DNA of 64,000 nucleotides from Psilocybe cubensis (GCA_017499595.2 CM039001.1:2790001-2854000); one strand, 5' to 3'; positions 33,834-47,100 are shown, counted from the first letter of the stretch. Notes: generated by a model not told the origin, from the sequence alone. Numbers and translations are program-made.

Positions 33834-36800
33834 ATGTCCAACGAAAAAAGACCCTGCTTAGGGTGCCATAAACTCTTTGTACCAGGTCGCTCCTTGAAGC
33901 AGCATACCAACAAATGTAAAAAATATCCTGCTGCAATGAGCAAGGTCCTGAAGGGGTTCCAGGAAAACTTCAGCAGGCAGAATCAGAACAGTAATGTTGC
34001 CAGTGGTTCTTCGCACCAGGCAACCCTGAATAATGAGCCCGGGCCTATGGACGTTGATGTCCATCATGAGTATCTCGATGTGGATATGGTACCACCTCCA
34101 ATGCCCCCTGCGCCTCCACCTAAATCACCAACACCACCACCACATCCCCCGACACCACCACCTCCCATTGAATGGCCCAGAGGACTTCCTCCACGCGTTA
34201 TTAGATTGCCACAGCGCTTCCGAGACGAGGTCCCACCCAAACCTCCTCTAATTATACCACCAGTCGTGGAGGAGGAACCACCTCAGCCTCAGGAACCTCC
34301 ATCTGTGGAGAGTCTGTATCGAACACCAATGAATGGCTATGGGATATTTTGAGAGTATACCTATAGTCCCCCTTCTATTACTCCTGATGAACATTTCACA
34401 CTGTCATCAGTGTCCGATTCTCCAAATATTGCCAAAGACCCAGCCGACTCTTTGAGAAAGGCGTCAGAGGGAACACCAATGGCCCTACCTTCGGATTGGT
34501 TCTTGGATTCTGAGCCAAAAGACAACAAGAGCTTGCTATTCAAAAATCGTTCTACTCAACTTATCATGTCTTGGTTTTACAACGGCCACGGTACTAAATC
34601 CTACGCTGATACCGACAAATTGATTCACCAAGTCGTACTGGACCCGGATTTTGACCCCAAGGACTTTGATTCCTCCTTTTCTACTGCTCAAGAGGCAGCA
34701 CGTCTGGACGAAATCTCCACCCAAAAAAATTCTACAGATTCTACTTTGTCAGAAGTGTGTTGACCGGAAGCTGGGTGGATCAAGGGCAGCTTTTCAATAC
34801 CAGTGCCATGCGACGGTTTCATATTCGATTCGGAAGAGGAGGCTCCTCAATTTGTTGTTGAAAACGTCATGTATCAAAAACCTCTAGAAGTTATCAAACA
34901 GGCCTTTGCAGAATGCACCTCTGAGACGTATACGACCATACCGTACAGAGAATTTTGGCGTCCCTCACCTGACGAACCACCCAAACGCTTATTCTCAGAG
35001 TCCTACGTGGCGGACATTTTCAATGAAGAGTATGAAAAGATCAAGTCAGAGCCACGCATAGGTCCCCACAGACACCTGGAGCCCTTTGTCGTTGGTATCG
35101 GGATTTTTTCAGATTCTACCCACCTGACCAGTTTTGGCGATGCTTCTATATGGCCGATCCTTATGTATATCCTCAACCAGTCAAAATACACCAGAGGGAA
35201 ACCTAAAGAATTTGCTGCGCACCATATTGCGTATATCCCTAAAGTAAGTTTGTATTGACTGGCATGTACTATTCATATTAACGTTTGGGTCATAGCTCAC
35301 AGACACTTTTCAAGATTGGCATCAGCGACAGTTTGGCAAAGCTGCGACATCTGAAATGCTCACCCATATGAGATGCGAGGTCAATACAGGCGTCTGGGGG
35401 CTATTACTTGATGAGGATGTCAAACGAGCGTATGCTGAAGGAGAGGCCGTAGAACTGGCCGACAGAGTATGTCGAGCTATGTATCTCTGTTTTATTTTTA
35501 GTTCAAATGACTACCCCGAAAAGTAAGTCAACATCTACTCGTTATTTCGTTTGATAACTAATGTACAAGCAGAATGCTGCAGTCCTGCTGCAAGTGTCGC
35601 GGCACTTGCTTGTGTCCACGTTGTTTAATTCAAACTATGAATGTCCCAAAGGTTGGATCAAAGATGGATATGCGAAACCGGCTCAAGCTAGCTCGCGTTG
35701 ACAGCAAAATTCGTCAATTTGACATCGAAACTGCCCATAAAGCATTGTTCTTGGGGAAAAAGATTAACAGCAAGGCGGTTAATGGCTTGCTGCAACAGAC
35801 CTCTGCTTTTCCAATTCGGGTATATTTTTATTTCCTCATATCTACGTATTTTGTCTAAGAATATTACATAGAACGCTTTTTCCAAGGCTTTATTTGAATA
35901 TGGCTTCAACTTTTATCGGATGTTTACTGCTAACCGTGTCGAGATACGCAAGCTGCTGTGTGAGGACAGGGAGTTACTGGAGCCCACTCCTCCTGATTTA
36001 CATTATCACATCTCATCAGACGTGCGTTGAAAGTTAGATATACTACCCTGGATGTCACAAAACCAAAACGATCCGGCGACAAGGGTAAGCCAGATTTTTC
36101 GCTTGTTTTTATATACTCAATGTTGTATTTAGGACTTTATGCTTCGTCTCAAAACTCACCTTTATGCCCGCTTATCAGGGGTAAACGAATTCAGTGATAG
36201 CATTGGTACCCATGAGCGACTCCAAATCACAATATTCGGTGACCGAATTTACGAACATCAGGTTCTACGCATCAACTATACTTCGTATGATATGTGTCGA
36301 ATACAAGATACCTTGAAGCCAAACTCTTCCCGATGTGACATCATGGTACTTGCTAGCAACAAAGGTGCAGATCAGCAGGTTCATCTTTATTGGTATGCCC
36401 GTATCATTGGAATCTACCACGCCAATGTGGTAATATCTACCCCTGATGATTACTACCGTGCCTCCAAGCACAAAGTGGATTTTCTTCATGTCCGATGGCT
36501 GGGTGTTTGTGAAGATTGCCATTACGGTTGGAAATATAGAAGGCTTCCACAGTTGGTGTTTGGTGATATCAATGACTCTGCGTCGTTTGGTTTTGTGGAC
36601 CCATCCCTCGTAATTCGTGCAACCCATTTGATTCCTCGCTTCATTCTTGGAAAAATACCGACTCTCGGCCTATCTGTAGCTTATAGAAGCAAAGAAAATA
36701 ATGAAGGGGAAGAATGGGAGAGATATTATGTCAATTTGTGAGTACATTTAGTCACTTCTTACCCTTTACTAATTTTTTACAGTTTTGTGGATCGCGACAT

Positions 36801-37143
36801 GGTCATGCTGTACAGAGGGGGTGGAGTTGGCCACGCTAGCACGCGAGCCGCTACCAATTCTCTTAGGCAAGACCGACGTGCAGATGACATTGCCTCTCGC
36901 AAAAAACGCCGCGAGGCACATGAAGCACCCGATCCTGATCTGGAACCAGATGGGGCCTCAGACCAGGAGCAAGACGCTCAGGACCAGGCTAAAGTGGCAC
37001 CTGAAAACAGCGCCGATTCTGATGACAATGAAGATGACAGCGACCAGCATACCGATTCTGAAGAGGAGGAGGAGGAGGAGGAGGAAAGCGACGAGGATGA
37101 GGACCGGGGTGACCTCGATGAACTTGGGTTCGCTGAATACTAA
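33834..37143 (+). pseudogene. Plavaka-family transposase (disrupted, probable internal deletion near 35930)
   Basis: N-terminal CxxC..H..C finger, then GWIKGSFSIPVP, YQKPLEVIK, FSDSTHLTSFGDASIWP, NQSKYTR, AHHIAYIP, DYPEK, CPRC, RINYTSYD, YWYARIIGIYH, FGFVDP and an acidic tail. Contains introns and CGA>TGA-type stops. Confidence 0.85.
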
Positions 37144-37363
37144 CTGTAGCTTTATGTGAGTCTGTCGTTGATTCTCTTGTACCTCTACTAACACCTTTTT
37201 AGATGTATCCTTGTCTTGGCGAGTAATACACAATACTTTTCTTGATTTTAGCGTGATTCGGTAAGAAAATGTATTGATATTTAACTGAAATTTTATTGTA
37301 ACATCCCTATACATCGCTGTACGCCCTTTGGGCTCTACTCTCTCATTGTGCAACTACGTATGT

Positions 37364-37475
37364 GTGCCTTACCCCCCTCACATCAACCCTCATACACCAC
37401 CTTAGCTGCAGCCCGACACGTGCCTTACCCCCCTCACATCAACCCTCATACACCACCTTAGCTGCAGCCCGACAC
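37364..37475. repeat. Perfect 56-bp direct tandem duplication
   Basis: GTGCCTTACCCCCCTCACATCAACCCTCATACACCACCTTAGCTGCAGCCCGACAC occurs twice in tandem. Confidence 0.95.
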
Positions 37476-37802
37476 GATACCGCCCTTATATTTCAGCGAT
37501 AAGGACAGCACCAAGCATCGCCCCCAACCCAGTTCTGCAGTCTATTTCGACCTGGACGTGCCTGGCGCGCGCCACGCGTGTGCTGCGTATGCGCGCGCCA
37601 CGCGTTTGATGCGTATTGCGCGCGCCACGCATGTGATGCGTATGCGCGCGCCACGCGTGTGCGTGTTCGTCCAGATACAAAGAGGCGTTGATACGGGGAG
37701 GGAGGGGTATACAAATCTCACATGGATGTGTTTTGAAAAATAAAACTTGATTTCATTGTACACGCGTCACGGTAAACTCATAGTGCCTGTCGAACGGGCC
37801 CT

Positions 37803-38189
37803 TTATTCCATCATCTCAACGTCCTGATCATCCCCCTCCCCATCGCGCATCTCAACGTCGCTGTCTTCGACGGTCCCCGAGTCCTTGATACGATTTTCGA
37901 CTGCGACAACCTGTTCCTCCCGCTCTCGAATTTCGCCGTGGGTCGAAACGACGGGTTCGGTGTCGACTCGCCCGGTCATGGGCTCTTCTACGCTGACAAC
38001 GATCTCGACCTTGTTGTCGGTATCAACGTTGACGCCGATTTTTGCGTGCCCGTTGCGGCCATCAACGGCAACGTTGAGCCTGAGGCCGTCGCGATCGATC
38101 GCGAGGCCGAATTGTACTCCTTGGAGTGCAAAAAAAAATTAACAGTGAGTACTTACTTTGAATATTGAAGACTCACCTTGCTCATCCAT
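37803..38189 (-). CDS. Transposon cargo gene 4: small spliced 109-aa acidic protein of unknown function
   Basis: Exon 38189-38177 (MDEQG), intron GTGAGT..AAG 38176-38120, exon 38119-37803 (VQFGLAIDRDGLRLNVAVDG...DDQDVEMME*). No stops. The AAG acceptor is a less common type. Confidence 0.55.
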
Positions 38190-41100
38190 TTGTCGTCTTC
38201 CGTTAACTCTTGTTATGCCATTAGAATGCAGTGGTGACTCGCTGGCGCACTGTGGCAGGTTTGGTGGTGGTGGTGGTGGTGGTGGTAGTTGAAAAAAAGA
38301 AGCGCGCCGCCATCGTTGATGACTGCGGCGCGCTTTTCCACGCCCGTTTTGGTCATCGTCGTCGACGATGAGCTCGATATCGACGATTTTTTAACGGATT
38401 AGCGTGTTTATTTTATGTATACGTATAGAAATACAACGCTTACCGTGTGTGAAACTTCAAATAAGCGATCGTATGTTATATTTAATACACACGCCGGGGC
38501 AAGACATTTGGCCCCTATGTCGACCGGTTATGTAATGGCCGGTCAACCGGACTTGTCGTAAACATACAAAAATTCTTACTTGATTTTGCAGGGTAAAACA
38601 AATAATTGTTTGGATATTGTAAAGCTAATAAAAATATTACTTAACATTGTAAACCGGGCCCCAAAATTTGGGTGCATTTGTAAGACAAAAAATTTATTGT
38701 ATTGGTTTACATAGCATTGTAATCTACTGCCTATTTAGTTGATGTGATTTACCAATCAAGTGTCCAAAATCTCAGTACTTGAATGCAGATGGAGAACCGG
38801 AAACTATACCCAAGAATTCTGGAATTTAAAAATTTATTTGGGAACATGCACAAGATGTACACCAAGTAATGCATTGGATTAAAGAATCTGGCGCTACATT
38901 TGCAGCAAACAAATCACAAATATGTCTTCCAGAAGTACTCATTGTGGGACAGACATGTAACGCGCAAGGGAGATCTCCAGACAAAGCAAAAATTAATAAA
39001 ATTATGGAATAGCCTCCACTTACCACCGAACAGGAAGTACAAAGGTTTTTGGGACTAGCAGGCACAATGCATATATGGATACCCAATTATTCTACTTTGG
39101 TAAAACCCTTATCAGAATTATATCACAAAGACAAAGAATTTATCTGGGATGAAAGGCGTCAAAATGCATTTGACACCATTAAGAATAAAATCACAAATGC
39201 TCTGATACTTATGCTAATTGACTACTGCTCAGAACGACCTGTCATTCTAGCAGTAGATTCTGGCAAATATGCAGTAGGAATGATTTTATATTAGATTGAT
39301 GAAGATGGTAGAAAACGACCAGCTCAATTTGGGTCCATACCAATGAGTGAACCATACCAATGAGTGAAAGGGAATCAAGATACTCACAACCAAAGCTAGA
39401 ATTATTTGGACTATATTGGGCCCTGCAACACTGGAGAATTTACTTAATAGATGTCAAAAACTTGAAGGTAGAGGTAGGTACAAAATACATCAAGAGAATA
39501 TTAAATAATCCAGATTTACAACCCAATGCAGCTATAAATAGATGGATCCAGGGAATATTGTTCTTTGCTTTTGAATTGGTACATGTATCTGCGCAGAATC
39601 ACAAAGGGCCAGATGCATTATCCCGAAGACCCTTAGCAGAAGAAGAAATAGCAGAATCAGATGATGATAGTTGGCTAGATGCAATCACACTCAATACAGA
39701 CCAATGGAATAACAGACATCAAACAGGTTTTGGCTTCTAGAACCGCACAAAATACTCTTTTAGAAAATATTAAACATTTTCTACAAACATTAGAAACACC
39801 CATATTCATGGATAGTCAGAAGAAAAGAAAATTTTTAAGCAAAGCAACTCAATTTTTTATTTAGAATAAACGGATGTACAAGTGCAATGATACTTGATCT
39901 CCATTATTAGTAATTCAGCGACTTGAATCCAAAATTGCTATACTCCGTCGAACACATGAGGAACTAGGACATAAAGGGGTCACCTCTGTATATGAACTAC
40001 TTTGACATTATTTCTACTGGCCACACATGCAAGCAGATGTACACCATCATGTATGTACCTGTCATGAATGCCAAGTACGGAGTTTGAAAAGAACAGAAAT
40101 TCCACTTACCATATCTACTCCAACAAAATTATTCTCAAAAATATATCTTGATATAATGCACATGCCAACCTCACATGACAAGAAAGTCTGTATTATTGCA
40201 GCCCAAGATGACCTATCAGGAGTATGCAAAGCTTGAGCACTAGAAAACAAGACAGCAGAAGAATTAAAACTCTTCTTTTGGGAACAGATATATTGTCAAT
40301 ATGGAGCACCTGAACATGTAATCACGGATAATGGAGGAGAAATAAAAGGTGCATTTGCAATATTACTCAAACGTCTAAAGATTCTACAAATATGCATTAC
40401 TCCTTACAACCATCATGCTAATGGAGTAGTAGAACGTGGTCACTTTGTGTTACAAGAAGCTATCATAAAGTCATGCTAAACTACTAGAACACCTATCACT
40501 CACTGGCCTGAGAAGTTGTCAGAAGCCTTATTCACTGATAGGGTTACAATTAGTTGTATAATAGGATTTTCCCCATATCAACTTCTGCATAGAACCGACC
40601 CCTTACTTTCCTTAGATTTGGCCAAAGCCACTTTTATGGTTGAAGGATTCTGTCCCCGCATGTCAATCAGTCGTTTACTAGCCATGCAAATGCAGCAACT
40701 CAGCAAACACCCAAAAGACATAGAACAGGCCTCAAACATCTTCAAAAAAGCTTGCTTTGCTTCTAAAGAGCAATTTGAAAAGCGGTTTATACACCAACTA
40801 TCCAGAAATAAATATAAAATTGGAGAATTAGTATTGGTTTGGAATATAGCCATTGAAATGAGTCATAATTGCAAACATAAAGTACAATACTTAGGGCCAT
40901 TTATTATCAAACGGCATCATGAAAACGGGTACTATATTGTTAGCAAATTAGATGGAGTGGAGTATAAGGCCAAGGTGGCACCTGCACGGCTCTTACCCTA
41001 TATCACCAGGGATCATCAATTCATGAAAGAGAATCCTACATATCGTAATAATTGCGAATCTGATACATCAGGCACCACTACTTCTGAATCTAAAAGTGAC

Positions 41101-44100
41101 AAATCTAGCGATTTCTAATGTTAAGTGACCCTAACTAAAATAGGAACACACAAAATCTAATGGTTCAATACTACTCAAATACTGCTTTACCCCATCGTTC
41201 ACCAATGTTCAGAGCAAAGACCCTCATATCCCCCACTATAGGACATCTCCTCTTTATTGCAGCAGACGGCCAACCTACCTATGTGAAATATGATGGGCAG
41301 CACACCATTCATTCTAAAGACTACCCTCCACCCAGTGCTGCTATGGCTAGCAAGTCTAGCATCACAATTATTACCGCCACCAACTCTGATAGTGAAGATT
41401 TGACGCATATATCTTGCACCCCTACTCCCTGCATAGAAGTATGGAAAAGATTATGCAAGGGTACTATGGATCACTACTAGAATCAACACCCCTGTTTTCC
41501 TGCATCTTACCTGCTTGTTCATTTTGAGCATCATGCCAATGTGGAAGGTGTCTACTGCAAATTTGACCCAGGATACTTTACTACAAAGAAGTTTCGCAAA
41601 CTATGGCACAGACCACCTGCCCTAATTTTATGTTTGCACATATTTTTGAGACCAATTCCCGTCCCCAAGACACAATTCAAGGGTGCAAAATGGCGATATA
41701 ACCTTCATTCGAGTCTTACACTTGCCAAACCTATTCAGCGTGGCAATATTGTTGTGGTAAAACACAAGGAGGAATCTGAGGAAGTTTACTACATTGCCAC
41801 CCTTTGTGTCGCAATTACGCACAAATTTTCCTTCATTTAGCTCAATGCCTATACCATCAATCAACAAGTGAATGCAAACAGTCCAACAAGCCGTCCGGAA
41901 CACGTGAGGTTGCCGGTTCTGCCGAGAGGTAGTTGAACATGTTTGTCCACGGGTATCTTTTGGGTATCGCCAAGACAAAATACCCAGCCGTTGACCTTAG
42001 ACAATGAATAACATAGAAAGTTTTCTACCTATAATCATACTGTATACATAGATAATCGTTCTAACCCTTGTTGCATTGTATTGAGATGGCTGTTTCATGC
42101 ATGCTGGCTCAGTACACGTCCTTCTTGTCAACTTCCCAAAGATACACTCAGGTCTATATGGCAACCAAACTGCAACTAAATCCTCCCGCTACGCGTCAAA
42201 CTTCTCTCAAATATATTTAACACGTCTTTTGAAGCTCAGATGTCTGTTGAGTATTGCAAATGCAATTCATGCAAAAGTACAAAGGTTCTTGAAGGTGCTC
42301 ATTTCAGGGCTTGCCGTGATGGAGAATTCTCCAAAACATCGCGAAAACCGCCATAAGTTTGCCAGATAATACATTGCTAATAAAGGTAACAAATGGCACT
42401 AAGGACACAAAGATTATAAATGGCCTTACTTGTAAGCACTTACAAGTAAGGACACGTTATAATTAGCAACATTGCAAATCCTTAGTAACTTTCAGTCATT
42501 CTTAGTTGACCTTTGAAGGCAGGGCAAATCTTTAATTGCCCTTGCAAAGCTGGGTAAGTTTGCAAAGATGTGCGCTCATTAATGAATCTTATTTCACTCT
42601 TTCTGGCTTGGCCGCCGGTATCCAGAAATGTACAAATTGCTTATTAACCAACTAAATACAAATACACGTGTAGTAAAAAAAGCTACTGTAGAAGTCAAAA
42701 CAGTAGAGCAAAAAAACTACACTAAAAGCGAGAATGAGACCGAGTGCGAGAATCAGATAGTTGGTCACTTTTGTGTTGAAAATGAGTACATTGTGGAATA
42801 GATGGTACAGAATATGATGTGCACTTACTATCTGACCAGCCAAACCCAGTCCCACATGTGTGCTAGTACTGTTAGAACTGTATATGCTAAAGGTTATAAG
42901 GCAGAAATCTCACAAGTTAGGAAGAAATTCTTACCATTTAATTTCTTGAAGATGGGGGAAGTGAAAAGCCTTGACAGAGTTGTTTTGAGTTGTGCAACGG
43001 TCTTTTAGAGTCCCCGTCCCCAATTTCCGTGGCCCCAATGTCTGACTCTATGTCATGTGATCTCTCACGGAACTTTGTCTCTGAGCTTGCTCTGAGCAGT
43101 GAGGAGCGCCCCGTGGTTATAAATATTGAACAATCAATATAATAACTAAAAATCAATGAATAACCTACACTACTAATCTAGATATTGGTCTACCTTTCAA
43201 TTTTTAGGGAAGATTTCATTAACAAGGAAATATTTTTCTAAAGCTTTACAATACAATATAAGGCAAAGCATATAATTATATTGGAAAATAAGGTAGAATT
43301 TATAATTCTCTGATTATACATACATCTGAAATCTTTTGCTATGACTTACAATAAGAACAAATATTAAAATCCCAAGCAAAGATCAGTTAATAATTCACTA
43401 ACCTTTCAAAGGCAATCCAAGGTCAACAAATGTTTTGATTGGCTTGGTAAGGTCGGCTAATTCCTGACTTACCTTAAAAGGGTACAAAGGCAATGCATGT
43501 TTTTGGCGGTTTTCGCAATGAACTTGCAATGCATGCCTCGTCAAGAGAAAGAATAATCTGTTCAACAAAAGGAATAAAGAAAACCTATCGCAATGTGCGC
43601 ATCAATCTGCCAATGAATCAAGCTCCGAGGATGATGATGTGGATGCCAAGTTGCTAAAAGATATGACACCAGTCAAACTCAATGAGTTTCTTCACGCGCT
43701 ATCCGAGGGGGAAAAAGAAGTCCAAACGATTACTGCCAAGGTTGATGTCTCGACTGTCAGCTCTGCCAATTTACGCGAAATGGCAGACCGTGTGGCAAAG
43801 GCAATATAGGAACGTTTACATTATTGCTTTGTGTGAGTGATCTATGACATAACTATCAATGCTATTAATATTTATAAAGAACAGCTATCATAGTGTCTAC
43901 AAACACAAATTATCCCTAACATCTCAATTTTGATACCACTGCGCCCAAATGGCACGCTACTGTGATCAAAAAAAAGCGGCTTGTGAAGGCGTCAAATTGC
44001 GTGACAAAGAATCTATGCAAACTTTTAAATGCAATGGATGGTTATTTATTAGCGCTTCTGAAGAAGGTTCCGTGGTTAAAGTTAGTATGCGGCATAACAA

Positions 44101-44143
44101 AGAGCATATACCATATTGATGTATCAATGTTCCGCCTAATATC

Positions 44144-47100
44144 TGTTGAGCAGCATAATGTGCCCAAAACTACTCTACACAGTCTATGTACGCAGTGGCT
44201 AAGGACTTGACTTAATACTTACCCTTTGGGTCGTGTTACTTGAGTTGTAGCTACTCGAGTGGGTTGTGAAAACCGCTTGTTATTAGAGGGCACTAGTGTC
44301 GCCCTTATATACACCTAGAGTGCGTTACATGTGACTAGTGACAGTAACTACTGTATAGTACTTAGTCATCTATCTACTTAGTAATCTATTCACATGACTT
44401 ATCATATGACTCTGAGAGTCACACGGTCGATCGTGAACTTTATTAATAATAGTCGTTCAACACTCCCCCTCAAGTGGTGCGCGTGCCATAAGGCGGGACT
44501 CTACTTGTTTTCATGAACGGACTAATCTAGCGGGTAAAACTCAAGGCCAAGAGCGGATCTATGTTTCAAGAATAGATCAGGACCTAGATTCTTGGTAAAC
44601 ATATCGGCAACGTTATCAGCAGTCGGAACTGCATATAATTTGAGTGTGCCTTGCTCTATTTGTTCCCGTATGTAATGATAGCGAATCTCCACGTGCTTAA
44701 TTCCTTTTTGTGTCACGGGATTCTGCGCGTTGAATATTGCACCATGTGAGTCCGCATAGACTGGGACGTGGGAAATTGGTTTGGCCAGTTCCGCAAATAG
44801 ATTTTTAATCCATGCGCAATCTTTGGCGCAGTCGGAGAGTGCCATGTATTCACTCATAGTAGACGATGTCGAGACTAACTTCTGTGTCTGTGATTTCCAC
44901 ATGACCGCAGCATTTGCCAAGCTAAAGAAGTAACCTTGTGCAGACCGACGCTTAAGGTCGAGCTCTGATTGGTCATCTCCATAAGAGGCGTCACAATAGG
45001 CATATAGGCCTGCGCGAGACTTCCCATCATAAACTAAGGCATATTTGCGTGTGCCAACAAGGTACCGCATAATATATTTAGCCTTGTTCATGTGGTCTTC
45101 AGACGGATTGGAAGCAAACTTCGCCATCTGAGTCACTGCATAGGCAATATCAGGTCTAGTTCCAAGCATTAGATAAAGCAAGGAACCAATCACTGATTGG
45201 TACTGCGAGCGAAGTTGTGCCGAACTAGTACCATCAAACGGCATTGGGCGATAGCCCGTGGGTAAGGGAGTTCTAGCAGCTTTAGCATCGCTCATGCCAA
45301 ACCGAGTTAGAACCTTCTCCAAATAGTTGGCTTGACTCAAGAGGATTTTGCCGTCTTTATAATCAATAGCCATGCGGAGAAACTCCCGTGATTCTCCGAG
45401 ATCCCGGCAATCCCACTTCTTCATAAAGAGATCTTTCTTCTGTCGTGAGAGTTCGGAGTTAGGTCCGGTGATCTGGATGTCGTCGACATAGGCAAACATT
45501 ATTGCTAACGTGTCGTCGGTATGACGTGAGATGAAGATGCCGGCATCCGAGTATAGTCTGGTAAATCCAAGCTCTTTTAGACTTCTGTCTAGCTCGAACC
45601 ACCATGCTCGTGCGGCTTGTTTGAGCCCATAAATTGCCTTTTTAAGCCGGAGTACTTTCTTCTCCTGTCCCTTTAGAACAAAGCCCTCAGGCTGTTCCAT
45701 ATATATCTCCTCGTCTAACGGCCCATAAAGGAAGGCCGATATGACGTCAAGGGACCAGACTTTCCACCCTTCGAGTGCGGCAAGGGCAAATATTGTGCGA
45801 ACACTTGGTAGCATGACCACAGGTGAGAATAACTCATTGTAGTCTAGGCCTTCTATCTGTAAGAAGCCTTTGGCTACCAGACGAGCCTTTTTCCGACCAT
45901 CAGTTTTGATGTCGTAGACCCATCTGCATTTGATGGCTTTTCGGCCATTAGGGAGATCGACAAGCTCATAGACCTCTCTTTTGACGAGGACCTCTAACTC
46001 GTCTTTCATGGCTTGTCTCCATTCCTTCTGTTGGTCAGCTGGTAATTTCAGCAAATCACGCAGGGTCCAGTCACGGACATCCTTTGTGAGACCATAATCA
46101 GCAGCGCAGATAATTTCGCAGACCCGTTTGGAAAGTAATGTCACGAAAAGACTGTTTGCTACTCCCCCTTCCGTCCCTGAATTAGGGATACCAGATTCAA
46201 CATTGTGATTGCTACTAGATTGAGTAAGTGGCACGTAATCAGGGACGGATGCCACTCTGTGTGAAACAGTCTGCAGCTTCTTACGTTGATCTTTATTGGT
46301 TGTTGTTCCGGGTCGGTAAACATTGCCTTCCCGCTCTGGTACTTTCCAAGTTCTATCCGACCTTCTGGGCAGAGGCTTGACAGGTGTATCAGGCATTTTT
46401 GGTCTTTGACCTGACATGGGAGGTGTTACGTATCCCTGATCGTCATCCTGATCATTGTCATCGTCACAAGGAAGACATGAACTACGCCCTGGCATAGAAC
46501 TTTGAGGACTGGTGGACCGTGGGCTCAGTTGATTGCCTGTCTCTTTTGGCAGAGGTGGCATTGGAAAGTCATCGTTATCGGAATCGGTCGACTCACTTCC
46601 ATAGCCGATTTCAAAGGAGGGTCCCTTTGGTTTTGGAGGATTAAAGCGTGTGTTGGGTGGAATCTTCCTCTTAGATTCACACTTTGGGAATAAGGTTTCA
46701 TCGAATAGGGCCTTGTTCACACGAAATACCACATTATTCAGAGATCTCATAAAGATCATCACCGAATTAGATTCGTAGCCAAAGAATGTCATCAACTCGG
46801 AACGCAGTGATAACTTATTTTTACGCTGCTCCTTGTGTAGTTACACATAAGCTGCGCATCCCAAAGTTTTAATTTTAGACACATCAGGTAACTCCCCTTT
46901 AAGGGCCTGGTGGGGTGTCTTCCACTCGATGCGTTTTACCGGAGTCCTATTGTATAGGAAGACAGCGTGAGCACAGCAAAATTGCCACCAGCTATCCGGT
47001 AGACAGGCGTAATGCCTCATCGCTTCAGACTTTTCCATAATTGTCCTGTTTAGTCTTTCAGCTCGACCATTGCTCTGATGAGCATAGGGAGCTGTAAAGC

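Larger units (their letters stand above)
20179..38744 (+). mobile_element. Plavaka/CACTA-like multi-gene DNA transposon (~12.2 kb without the nested LTR element)
   Basis: Removing 20179-38746 restores ATA GAT GAT TTA CCA (IDDLP) of the host RT, implying a 2-bp TG duplication. Imperfect TIRs: CATC..GTAGATTACAAAGC on the left, GCATTGTAATCTAC..GATG on the right. TTACAA/TTGTAA subterminal repeats; Plavaka transposase inside. Confidence 0.85.

Noticed and set aside
20179-38744. Starship or Helitron identity for the large insertion
   Set aside because: No tyrosine recombinase captain or Rep/helicase seen; it has TIRs and a Plavaka transposase.
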